Of a DNA stretch of 64,000 nt, positions 9,449-19,717 are shown one piece after another. This DNA comes from Craspedostauros australis. Taxonomy: Eukaryota. The notes beneath the pieces were generated by a model that did no database searches, had not been told where the DNA came from, and worked only from the letters and a program-made list of their open reading frames with translations. The stretch spans positions 1 to 64,000 of the forward strand of contig JALAGF010000798.1 in assembly GCA_030167865.1 (NCBI GenBank), read 5' to 3'. A program made the position numbers and the translations under genes. Position 1 is the first letter of the stretch; every line of letters begins with the position of its first letter.

Positions 9449-11485
9449 ATGGGTCGCAACGGACCCAACGCCGACAACGATGATACCTCACAACGCACGT
9501 CGCCCGGGTATCATTTGCGATACATCGATGAATTTGTTCGGTTGCGATCAGCACCGTTGCTGTTGGAACTGGGTGTATACCCAGACGCCAAGGAAATCAC
9601 GGAAGCCATGGGAGCATTTGAAGCGATGAGAGCGTTCGTACAGCCCAATATAATCCCCACATCGAGCGGAGGCGGCGACATCGACAGGAGCGACAGTCTC
9701 GGGAATGGAGCGCAGCATCTCGCGCAGCCAGCCGAGGTAGAACAGGTGAGATCGGCGCAGAACCAACAGGCTCGCAGGCGATGCATCATCTGTGTTGGGG
9801 ATGGATCGACGCCCCGTTCAGCTGCATTGTTTGCCGTACGTTGCAAGGAATGGGAGGCGGTTGCTATCGACCCGATGCTACGGCCGCTGGGCGAGAATCC
9901 GAAAAAACTCGAGCCAAAGGCTGCCGATCGATCGTTGGATGGCAGGAGAATCCCGAGGGTGATCGATCACACACCGTCATGGTCGCACAGGGTCCAACGA
10001 CTGACGGTTTACCAAGCCAAGATCCAGGATGTTCAGATCTCCTGCGACGAGGCCATCATTGTGCTGCTTCATGCCCACGTATCGTTGCATGATGTACTGA
10101 ACGCGGTCGATTGCCCTTCCATACATGGGCTCATCACCCTTCCATGCTGCCAATACATTCACCAGCATCGTCGGCTGTGGAACCGCGGTCCTGACATTGC
10201 CTATCACGATGCATCGATCGCGAGTCCTCATAATGAAATCAGGATCTGGACTCAACGTACGAGTGGAACTGGGCAGTGCCAACTGACCACGAAAATGGGA
10301 CAGGTGCGCGAGTATTGTGAAAGTGTCACCAACATCAGTGGCGCGAGGAACGCACAGTGCGATGGACCAAACTCGACCACGCCTACTTCTGCCGCTTCAA
10401 ACGGTGAATTGCACCACATTGATGATGGTACTCCCAATAGGCGCAGCCAGACTGGAAACGCCTCATCAGTTGGAGACGGTGCAGAGGCCAGCAGCTTAAT
10501 TCAGAGCGATGCGGGCAGCAGTGCCCTTGAAGACGAAGAGAAGAAGACGACCCGGTCTTGCCTCACGCAGGACATCCCGAAAAGGTACCAACGGCCCAGC
10601 GATGATCAAACGAGTCAGCTGAAGGCAGCTTTTAGTCGGCAGACATACTATTCCAACAACGAAATCGATGCCCTTGCTGCTTCCATCGGGCTATCATCGG
10701 AGCAATGCAAACAGTGGTTCAAGAAGAGACGGAAGCAGCAGAACAAGAACAACAACAAGAGCAGGGCAAAGTCAGGCAGGTGTGCCGATGGTACCAATGG
10801 TGGCTCTGTGCCACCGGATACGGCTCAGCTCACTCAGCCGTCCGAATGGCGAAGATATGCCATCGCCACGACGCCAGCGCCGTGGAAGGAGGCAGCGAAT
10901 GCTCGGGATCTTGCTGCGGTTGCAGCCGAGGCAACTACTTCACTGAGTGCTGGTGAAGTCTGCCCGAAGGCGCACACTGTGTCTTCGAGCAGCGAGGGGG
11001 TGACAATGAACGCCGTAGCACATTATTTTCGACCCAGTTCAGATGTGTATGGAGATAACGAACGCTTCGCGCTATCGCATGGTATCGTGGTCGCGGTGAG
11101 AAAATGCAGCAACATGTGCTTCTTCAGCATTGCGGACAAGAACGATCCCAGGACACGCAACATCTTGCAGATCTGTGTATCTGCAACGCTGATGAAAGAT
11201 CTTTCGGTGTCCGCGGTGGCAGCTTCGGCTGGCGAAAAGTCCCATGCGAGCCAGAGTGGGAGGGTGCCACTTGGTGAAGGGGGGTCATCTCGCATACTGA
11301 CAGCAGAACAGACGGTGCGCTGTTGGAAGAAAGCCATCAAGGTTGGCGATTGGATTCAATTCTGCGGGATGCTGGGCATTCCGCGCGCCAGCAGCACGGC
11401 AGCGCATCGAGGCAAGCCCACCATGTTCTGTTGGCAAATGTGGTTGGTCGGTGACGTAGAAAGTATGGGTAGAGCCATCATATAG
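9449..11485 (+). CDS. Multidomain protein: Rossmann methyltransferase-like domain + atypical homeodomain + OB-fold (anticodon-binding-like)
   Basis: Single uninterrupted ORF. N-term: ICVGDGSTPRSAALFA, AIDP, LHAHV, LPCC. Middle: KRYQRPSDDQTSQLKAAFSRQTYYSNNEIDALAASIGLSSEQCKQWFKKRRKQQ. C-term: GIVVAVRKCSNMCFFSIAD...LQICV...IKVGDWIQFCG. Confidence 0.7.
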   Translation: MGRNGPNADNDDTSQRTSPGYHLRYIDEFVRLRSAPLLLELGVYPDAKEITEAMGAFEAMRAFVQPNIIPTSSGGGDIDRSDSLGNGAQHLAQPAEVEQVRSAQNQQARRRCIICVGDGSTPRSAALFAVRCKEWEAVAIDPMLRPLGENPKKLEPKAADRSLDGRRIPRVIDHTPSWSHRVQRLTVYQAKIQDVQISCDEAIIVLLHAHVSLHDVLNAVDCPSIHGLITLPCCQYIHQHRRLWNRGPDIAYHDASIASPHNEIRIWTQRTSGTGQCQLTTKMGQVREYCESVTNISGARNAQCDGPNSTTPTSAASNGELHHIDDGTPNRRSQTGNASSVGDGAEASSLIQSDAGSSALEDEEKKTTRSCLTQDIPKRYQRPSDDQTSQLKAAFSRQTYYSNNEIDALAASIGLSSEQCKQWFKKRRKQQNKNNNKSRAKSGRCADGTNGGSVPPDTAQLTQPSEWRRYAIATTPAPWKEAANARDLAAVAAEATTSLSAGEVCPKAHTVSSSSEGVTMNAVAHYFRPSSDVYGDNERFALSHGIVVAVRKCSNMCFFSIADKNDPRTRNILQICVSATLMKDLSVSAVAASAGEKSHASQSGRVPLGEGGSSRILTAEQTVRCWKKAIKVGDWIQFCGMLGIPRASSTAAHRGKPTMFCWQMWLVGDVESMGRAII

Positions 11486-11774
11486 TTCTACTCTCCGAGT
11501 TTCCGCAGACTACTCGTCGCGCACTGCTGTCTGTTTGAGGCACGTCATCGTACTCTTTGTGAACCTTATGCAAGTACATTCATGCTACTCACTCCCCGTA
11601 TCCGCACGATGAAAATCCGGGGTACTACTACGGATGGATGTGTGAGAGCAGCAATCTAACTGAGCCCCTTCCCCTGCGACCCGATTTGACAAGAAGGGTG
11701 TGCCACTTCCATGTTCTTCATTGTTCCATACCACTATTAGCATACTCGTACAAGTACATATGATACCCGCGCGG

Positions 11775-13589
11775 TCATATGATCCCGTCCAAGCATAGCA
11801 CAACATTATCTTGTGGGCCACATGAGGCGGTCGGTGGTCTGTCGGGCACAATGCCAACGCCGTGGATGTCACGGCCATTCGGCGTGATGTACTTCGCCTT
11901 GGTAACCGCAATACCGCTTCCATCCTCCAATGGTTGCACATTCTGAATCCTCCCTTTCCCAAACGTCTTGTATCCGACCACAGTGGCGCGTTGGTTATCC
12001 TGGAGTGCGGCGGTGAGAATTTCTGACGCGCTCGCTGTGCGCTTGTCGACGACGACGTAAAGAGGGATGTCTGCATCGCTTCCGACGCCATCATTGATAT
12101 AGATTGCTGACCGGCCTGTCTTGTCAACCTCGGAAATGATCCTTGCCCGTGGTGGGAGGAAGAGCTTGGCCACGTCGACGCCAGCAGGCATGTATCCACC
12201 GGCATTTCCGCGCAGATCGAGGACCACGGCAGTGCTTCCCTTGCGCACTTCAGCCACGGCAGCCATAACTTGATTGGCCGTGTTCTGATTGAAGCTGGTG
12301 ATCCGAATCACCCCGATGGCATTCCCCATCCTCGTGGAGACTATCTGGCCCGCTATCTGGTTGCTCCTGATGGTTGCCCTCGTGACGGAAACCCGGATCG
12401 TTTCGGCTTGATGATCTTGCGTACGAGTACTGCCATCGCTGTTCTTGCTGCCGCTGCTGCTGCTCAATCTATGGGCATCTGCATCGCGCCGCCCAATTGC
12501 CAAGGTTAAATCAGTCCCGATTTCGCCCCGACACTTGGCGGCGACCACATCAGAGGTTGCACCCGTCATGTCCTCGCCGTTGATCTCTTCCACTATATCG
12601 CCAGGTACGACGCCAGCCTTTGCAGCTGGTCCATCCAGAATCGTGTTGAGGATCAGGACCTTTCCAGTGAGGGGATCTGACATGAGCTGAACACCGATGC
12701 CACCGGTCGATGTCCCTTTCGCGTATGCTGTCAACGAATCAAACTGCGACGGCGTAAGGAACCTGGTGTACGGATCTCCCAGCGGTTCCAACATGCTCCG
12801 GATGACCGAGTACACTTCCTCCTTGTCGTCAGGTCCGATATTGGCAACTTTCTTCATCGCTTCCGTCCTTTTGCTTTTCCATCGTTCTTCACCAAGGCCG
12901 TTGAAGGTTGGATCCACGAACTGCCGATTCACCTCTTTCCATACGTCGTCCACGAGCCATTGCTGCTCGGTCAACGCCAGCGCCACTGAATTCGTCACCA
13001 ACCTTGGTGATCTGGCCAGGATACTCATCCGGTCGTTCTCTGGCGGAGCGGCTTGCGTTCCAAGGGTAATTTTCATCGCAGGAGCGCAGAGAATGGATAC
13101 CATCAGGAGCATGCTCGTTGCCATCTTGCGAAAAGCTACCGTCTTCGGCATCTGCAAATTGAAGGCGTGCTTCGTAGATTCGCGATGAGCGCGACTGGAG
13201 GCCTTTGGCGGGAGGCCTGCCGCGAGGTGCTGTTCTGGCTGTGAGTCCGCATCGAGCTGCGCCGGGCGTGCGAGATGCGTCGCATGCGAACCTACGCCTG
13301 ATCCAACCTGTTGGTTTTGCTGCCGCAAGTTGAACCACTGGCGTGGCTGTGCTTGTGGTTGCGGCTGTTCGGCTCGTAGTGCTGTTCGTTTCGCCTGCGG
13401 GCATGGCGAAACGGGCGTGGCCAAGGCCCTATTTCTGTCATTTCCACCGGCGCTGGTGCATTTGTTCCCTCTACGAACGTTGGCGTTCCACGAGGCGATC
13501 TGCAAGCAGGACACAGCGCCGCCACGGGGGTAGCAGCTGGTGATAGCAACGGCAACCAAAAGAAAACGCCAGCATGTTTGTATCCTCAT
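11775..13589 (-). CDS. ctpA: Carboxyl-terminal processing peptidase (S41A, PDZ), D1-processing CtpA-like, thylakoid lumen
   Basis: LGDPYTRFL, PDZ GGIGVQL, VLDLRGNAGG, catalytic TASASEI and FGKGRIQ, KYITPNGRDIHGVGIVPD. Signal peptide, long transit region and ALA-LTEQQ lumenal cleavage-like site. Confidence 0.93.
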   Translation of the reverse strand: MRIQTCWRFLLVAVAITSCYPRGGAVSCLQIASWNANVRRGNKCTSAGGNDRNRALATPVSPCPQAKRTALRAEQPQPQAQPRQWFNLRQQNQQVGSGVGSHATHLARPAQLDADSQPEQHLAAGLPPKASSRAHRESTKHAFNLQMPKTVAFRKMATSMLLMVSILCAPAMKITLGTQAAPPENDRMSILARSPRLVTNSVALALTEQQWLVDDVWKEVNRQFVDPTFNGLGEERWKSKRTEAMKKVANIGPDDKEEVYSVIRSMLEPLGDPYTRFLTPSQFDSLTAYAKGTSTGGIGVQLMSDPLTGKVLILNTILDGPAAKAGVVPGDIVEEINGEDMTGATSDVVAAKCRGEIGTDLTLAIGRRDADAHRLSSSSGSKNSDGSTRTQDHQAETIRVSVTRATIRSNQIAGQIVSTRMGNAIGVIRITSFNQNTANQVMAAVAEVRKGSTAVVLDLRGNAGGYMPAGVDVAKLFLPPRARIISEVDKTGRSAIYINDGVGSDADIPLYVVVDKRTASASEILTAALQDNQRATVVGYKTFGKGRIQNVQPLEDGSGIAVTKAKYITPNGRDIHGVGIVPDRPPTASCGPQDNVVLCLDGII

Positions 13590-14181
13590 GATCTTGGGGC
13601 TGCGCAGCTGTGTGGCTGCGTGGTTGCGTTCTTACGCGTCTGGTTAGGAGTGTGGATAGGAATGTGGTTAGGAGTATGGTAAGAGTTTGCACGAGCGCAG
13701 CGACCACTCGCACAGCGTGAAATGAACAAGGACCGATGGTTTGTGGAATGCGAAAAATGACGACCACGAAAGAATGCGAGAGACCACGCAAAGACCACAC
13801 AAAGACCAGAAGACATGAGGAGACAGCACGCAGACCACACACGACAGAGCGACCCAAGACCAAGGCCCAAACCGCCACCTCAGAGCTCCAGACCAATTCT
13901 ACTCTTCGCAAACCACAATTGCATCAGGAACTCGTACCTGCACGGCAGAGCAGCCAGATAGTAACTGTCAACCGAAATCCATCTGGAAATGATAATACTA
14001 CGGTGCTTCTCTGCTCTGTGCCAGAGCCTTGCTTGCGAAATAGCACGAGAATAGCACTAATAGAGTCGTAGAGTTTTGGATGGCAGAGTGTACATCCTGT
14101 ACTCTAGCTACCATACCATTTTGGCACCATACCTGTGAATTGAAGAGGTTGGGATGATGTTGTTCTCGTGCGAATAGATTT

Positions 14182-15499
14182 CTACTCCTCTTCGTCTTGC
14201 TTGGACGCCTCTCGTTCCTTCTCGTCCTGCTCCAGTGCCTGCTGGCTGGCCTCGATGCCTCCGATGATCGACTTGAGATCGGGTTGCTTGCTGCTGACAA
14301 CCACGGTTGCGACAGACTTGGCTTCCTTGGGTACGTTAACAGCTTCCATCGCCGCGGCTCCGTCTGCAGGGGGTGCGACGGCCACCTCGATCTCCTCGAT
14401 ACTGAAACCGGCGAAAGGCTCGTCGCTTCCCTCGTACACAAAACATGTGATGGGCATCGAAAGCGGCGACGTCTTTGGGCACCGGTCCAAGTAAGCAACC
14501 AGATCGCTGGCGATGGAAGCTCCCGAGTTGGTGATCACTCGGACGCCCGTGTGGGTACCAGGAACGTGGCCCTCGGGACAGTAAAGAGCGTCCGCCAGGC
14601 TCAGGTTGTCTCGCACCACTTGGCAGGCTTCGTCGAACTTCTCGAAGGAGAGCGATTCAGACCCTGCCTCCGGGATGGCGGTTCCGTCCACCTTCAACGG
14701 GTTGGTTTTGGGAGCGTTCAACCCTGCCACTTTCAAGTCCAAGGACTTGTTGATGCGAAACGCGTTCCTCTTGAGCGGCGTCACCCCGTCTCCGTTCAGC
14801 GCCCAGTTGAACTCGTACACCATACCAGGTCCCTCATTTGGAAACGCGGAGACCTCGCCGACCCTCTTGATGGAGTCAGGGAGGCCTTCGTCCCATTCAA
14901 CACTTGCGGCCGCTGAATGTCGCAGATCGTAAGAGCATTGTCGTCCGATGGTTGAAGGTGACATATGTACGCGCCATACCACATGAAAGCAGTTTGTTCG
15001 TTGTTGTTGTCGATGACATTCGTCGTAGCGAATGTATTGGGTTGGACGGTGATGGTGGCATAACACAGATAAGGTGAGTTTAGTCTGGTTTTGCGTTCTG
15101 CATAGCATGCATGGTAGAATCCGAGTATGGAGAGCTTGGCAAGCGCTGGGCATGATACGGCTGTACCCAATCAATCCATCGCAGCTGCCAGCATCACCTT
15201 TCAAAAGCAGCGCAGGTGAGCCAGAACAGAGCAAGGAATCTTTCCGCATGTCCATTCCTTCGAGATAGGGCGACGCCATCCAGCAACAGCAACGGTAACA
15301 GTAACAGTAACGGCCCTGCCTCCACCAACTCCACCCAGACTCCACACGACGTCATCGGGCACCTCTGACCACAGACCAAAGGGAACCGACACTAATCTCA
15401 CACCCACAACATCGACGTACACGACAAGGAACGGGCCGCGCCTCTGCGCAGCACTGATCGCGGCAAGGATAGCTTGGCAGCTCTCGTAAGGAAGGTCAT
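14182..15499 (-). CDS. Mitochondrial protein resembling the N-terminal domain of PEP carboxykinase (ATP); exons 15499..15421 and 14912..14182 (269 aa)
   Basis: Exon 1 MTFLTRAAKLSLPRSVLRRGAARSLS is an Arg/Ser-rich presequence with no acidic residues. Donor gtacgt, acceptor ttcag, frame kept (810 nt). Body has YEFNWALNGDGV and FDEACQVVRDNLS...LYCPEG...GVRVITN. No Walker A. Confidence 0.7.
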
Positions 15500-16594
15500 C
15501 TTCGCACGTTGTTTCGGTGCTATGTCGTACTGTTACGGGCACGGGCACGGATACGGATACGGATAGGAATGGTGTGATGACGGCTGGTGATGGGTGATCA
15601 TTGCTTGACGACCACAACGATCAGCAGCAACACCACCACCACCACCACCAACAACGCCAACAACAACGCCAACAGCACCAGCCAAAACAACAAGTTCGGT
15701 TGTCGTTGGTGTTGCTTTTGCTGTTGTTCGAGGAACAAGATACAAGACTGATCAGTGACTGATGATTGGGAGACCAGGTTGAAATGGCATATACTTTTAT
15801 TTCCAGACAATTCCAAACAACAGACGGTCGTTGAACGGACCGAACATGTGACTTCTGCATTTCCATCTCTTGTTGGTCAAGGTAGTCGATTCGGTCGTCC
15901 GTTCAACGGACAAGCGACTACGAATCAACGTTCACGCGTGTGGAATCGGATGCAAGGTCACGACTTGTGTGTGTGCGGTTTTTGTTGTCTGCCACGAGGT
16001 ACTGGCGCCACAGAGACCACTCGTGCCAATCGATGTTTCAGCCGTCATCATACTATCCTTCACGAGTCACGACCAAATGTGTCGCGTGTACTGGTTGGGA
16101 GCCAGGATGTGTTCATGTGAGCTGAGAAATCAGCCGATCTGATTGGGCGTGCACTGTTCGCATTGCGCAAGGTCATCGCAACCTCAGCCAACAAAGCTGG
16201 TGAACCCAACGACCAAACGGACCATAGCATCTTCTTCGCCGCTAAGCGGGACATTTTGGCGTTGCGTGCCGCCGAACTTCTCCACATTTTCAGCTGGTCA
16301 CATGACACGAGAGTCACAGAAGGTCGCAACAACGACATGACTGCGCGTGGCGACCAGGTCCGCACAAACTGTGACAGAAACAAGGGTTTGGTGTGGGTGC
16401 AGTATTGTTGAAGCGCTTCGTCTGCCTCTGGTTGCTGCCCCCTCCAGAGTACTATCGATCGGCACGAGTAGTCACAGGGTACTAGTACTTGTGAGCCACC
16501 ATTCTCCCACAAACAAACCAGCCCAGTTGGACCAGACCCAGCCAGCAAGACAACCAAACACATCACAACCGTCTGGAGAACGAAAGAAGACAAG

Positions 16595-19210
16595 ATGATG
16601 AAGCCATCCGCCTCCGAACCAGCACGCCGTGGCCTGAAGATGGGTGCGTACGTCGCCATGTTGGCGGTCATTGGTCTGCTCCTCGCGGCCATGCCAAGAC
16701 AAGCCGAAGGTTTTCGTGAGAGCCTTCAACGCCAAAGACGCCGTCAGCGCCAGCATCAGCTCGGGCTTCAGTATGATTCCAACGACGCGGATCACAACGC
16801 GCGAGCGCTGCAGGATGTCAAGGTCTGCGCCGTGCCAACAGAGATCTTCGAACTGGCGGCCTTCGTCCGCATCGAGGGCATCCCCGAGGACTTCGAGGAC
16901 GGTGATGAGGACCTGCTCGCGCTGTCCTTTCAGACGGCGTACAACAACCTCGCGTCGTGCCCGCAGGAAGGCTCCATTCGCCTCATCACGAGATCTGAAG
17001 TTGTCGATATCTCGCAGGAAGTTCCGGGGTTTGGCGGAACGACGCGCAAGTCTAGCAGGAAAAAGAAGGCACGCAAAACGACCTACGTCGTCGAGGTGGA
17101 CTTGGAATGCAACAGCTGCAAGGGCAACCAAATTGATGAGGATGAAGATGAGGATGAGGAAGACTTCTTTGAGCGATTGTTCCGAGCCAACAACACCGAT
17201 CCGACCAACAATACTGATACAGCCGATGACGCCGACGCCAGCACACGTCGACGACTGTCCTCCATCTTTGCACCGTCGACCGATGATGATGCCAACGGCG
17301 ACGGCAACGACAACGACGACAAAGATACTGGCGATGATCAAGACACTCTCACCATCACCATCAACATCCAAGCACCCGTCGTTGAAGAAACAGCGAAGGA
17401 GGATGCCAATGCCAATGCTGAGGCCGAGGCCGATGAGGACCTGATTCCCATGCTTCCGTCAATCACCGCGGCCACCATGAAGCGAAAACTCAAGGAAGGG
17501 GGAGGGGAACAAAGCAGGAGAATGATCAAGGCCAACAAGATGGGGAAAAACGTCTTCCAACCTTCGGCAGAAACAGTCAAATGCACCCGTTGCCTCGAGC
17601 CGACACGTTCTGCCTTCGTCGAAGAGTACAACAGCGTCTTCTCCGCGGCGTTGGAGCTCCGACGCTCTCGTCGTCGTCGCCAGCTTGAACGCGGACTCGG
17701 CCAATCTGACCGCAACAACAGCCCCGACAGCAACATGCTCCGAGGCCAGAAGCCAACGACGGACCAAGACCTGCCCGTCGCGTCTGCGAACGGTCGTGGC
17801 CTCATGGACGACCCAGACGAGCCACAGCCGGTGTACACCATCGAGAACGTTGTTCAGGTAATCGAGGAAGGGGATTGCAACAAAACCACCGAGCAATTCG
17901 AAACCTTCTTCACCGTGGTGGAGATCGCGATCAACACGGACGAGGTCAACATCACTGATCCAGACGAGCTGTCGGACCTGGAGCAGGACATTCTGGCGGC
18001 GTACAACGAGCTCAATTTCTACTCGACGGACACGTGTGACACCTCCCACCGCCAATTCAACTCCATCGAGTCCTACGGAAGCACCGTTGCAGTCAACAGA
18101 CGCCGGCTCAACGAAGATGAAGACCGAATCCAAAGCGCACGGCTACCAGCGAACAATGCGACCTCGGCGCATCGCGACTTGCAAACAACCTTCGACTCAT
18201 CATCCTTCGTCTACCTTCAAAACCTCTACGCCATGGCCGGGCAGTGCATCTCCTGCTCCAACAGCTTCTCGTTCTCCAACGACATCACCTTTGCTCGACG
18301 TCTGCCCGAAGACCCAAGATACAAGGTCGATTGGACACGCGCCTTGACAGTCACGCGACCGACCCCGCCGGGCTCCATCCCCGATGCAGGCCAATCGGTT
18401 GGAAATGTTACCAACCGCCTGTGCTACTGCCCCATCGACGGCTCCCGCCAGAACAGGGCACCCAGCGCTTCTGAAACCTTGGCATTCCTCGAGTCCGACG
18501 GAATCAACGTAATCCAAAGCCTGAACGAGCTGCAGCTGCAGCAGTGCTCGAACAACATCTCGTCACTTTCCACTGAGCTCTTCTTGGATGAAATCTTCGC
18601 GTCGTACCTCGGCGAAACAAGCTTGGAGATGTTGACGGACGGTGAGCTAGAGGCATTTGAGGAATGCGCAATCATCAGCTACGAGCTCGCCTCTCTTGAG
18701 GTTTGCGACTCCAACTTCATTTCCATCGAAGAAGCGGAACTCCTCGCCATTTCCGGCGAGTCTCCCACCCTCCACTTCAACTTGAAAGCAAGGTGCCGCG
18801 GCTGTGACCCAGCGACGACTACCATCATCGATACGTCAGCGCGACGCCAGCTGAATACTCCTGACATCTTCGGGAACACCCACGCGCAGGAATCGTGCGC
18901 CTTCACCAAGGATGGGAGAGGTATGAGAAACGCACGTCGCCGCCAGATCTTGCAAGAACGTTTGCACCGACACCGCAGATCATCCACGTCTTCCTCCGAT
19001 TCCTGGAACGACGGCAGGTCGGTCCACCGCTGGATGGAGGGAGAGGTTGTGGATGAAGTTGACGAAGATGACGGGTTTGATGAATGCTTCTGCGAAGCTG
19101 GCAACGAAGACGACACTCCAACGCTGTTGTCAGATTTCTTGTTCGAGTTTGTGGACTGCGTGAACGAGGAGCTCGATCTATCTGAACCGTATCCCAGCTC
19201 AATCCTGTAG
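16595..19210 (+). CDS. Secreted acidic Cys-rich protein with three internal repeats and many RxL motifs (cell-wall/extracellular candidate); start may be Met at 16640
   Basis: Signal peptide MGAYVAMLAVIGLLLAAMPRQAEG; Asp/Glu tracts; repeated (A/S)Y(N/E)xL...C...CxxC...CxC module; RAL, RRL, RKL, RQL, RGL and RDL motifs; no TM anchor seen. Confidence 0.8.
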   Translation: MMKPSASEPARRGLKMGAYVAMLAVIGLLLAAMPRQAEGFRESLQRQRRRQRQHQLGLQYDSNDADHNARALQDVKVCAVPTEIFELAAFVRIEGIPEDFEDGDEDLLALSFQTAYNNLASCPQEGSIRLITRSEVVDISQEVPGFGGTTRKSSRKKKARKTTYVVEVDLECNSCKGNQIDEDEDEDEEDFFERLFRANNTDPTNNTDTADDADASTRRRLSSIFAPSTDDDANGDGNDNDDKDTGDDQDTLTITINIQAPVVEETAKEDANANAEAEADEDLIPMLPSITAATMKRKLKEGGGEQSRRMIKANKMGKNVFQPSAETVKCTRCLEPTRSAFVEEYNSVFSAALELRRSRRRRQLERGLGQSDRNNSPDSNMLRGQKPTTDQDLPVASANGRGLMDDPDEPQPVYTIENVVQVIEEGDCNKTTEQFETFFTVVEIAINTDEVNITDPDELSDLEQDILAAYNELNFYSTDTCDTSHRQFNSIESYGSTVAVNRRRLNEDEDRIQSARLPANNATSAHRDLQTTFDSSSFVYLQNLYAMAGQCISCSNSFSFSNDITFARRLPEDPRYKVDWTRALTVTRPTPPGSIPDAGQSVGNVTNRLCYCPIDGSRQNRAPSASETLAFLESDGINVIQSLNELQLQQCSNNISSLSTELFLDEIFASYLGETSLEMLTDGELEAFEECAIISYELASLEVCDSNFISIEEAELLAISGESPTLHFNLKARCRGCDPATTTIIDTSARRQLNTPDIFGNTHAQESCAFTKDGRGMRNARRRQILQERLHRHRRSSTSSSDSWNDGRSVHRWMEGEVVDEVDEDDGFDECFCEAGNEDDTPTLLSDFLFEFVDCVNEELDLSEPYPSSIL

Positions 19211-19717
19211 CTTCCAAGCCACTCGAACGCAGAAGTGCTTGTGCTAATACAAGCCGCGTACTCCATGCACACTGCCATAAGAAATACTCGTCCATATATA
19301 TATAATACTACAATTAAATGAGAGATTATAGTATAATATAAGTAGAATACATTGTATTCCAGTACATTATGCGATGATATTCCATCACATTGTCCAACAC
19401 AACAACATATGCTCATCCGTGATTGAACAATGCACTAAAAACAAACTCGTAAGTGTCATTAAAACAACCACAAACACCATCACCACAACGCCTCGATAGA
19501 GAGAGATCCTCCATGATGTATAGAGGAGCCTTCCGAACGTATAATGTGCCCATGCAGAACGCAATGTGTGTGTGTTCGCATCCATGAAAGAACTTTCCGT
19601 CCAACATATATTGTACTTCGTTCGTGGCGAGAGCGCTGTCATACAAACCAAGCAGAGGCAGCAGCAACGGCTTCACACAGAACGGAGCAGCAAAAGTGAA
19701 GCAAGTCGACCGCCAAA

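Noticed and set aside
14913-15345. N-terminal part of the 387-aa ORF in the track
   Set aside because: Falls inside the predicted intron 14913-15420.
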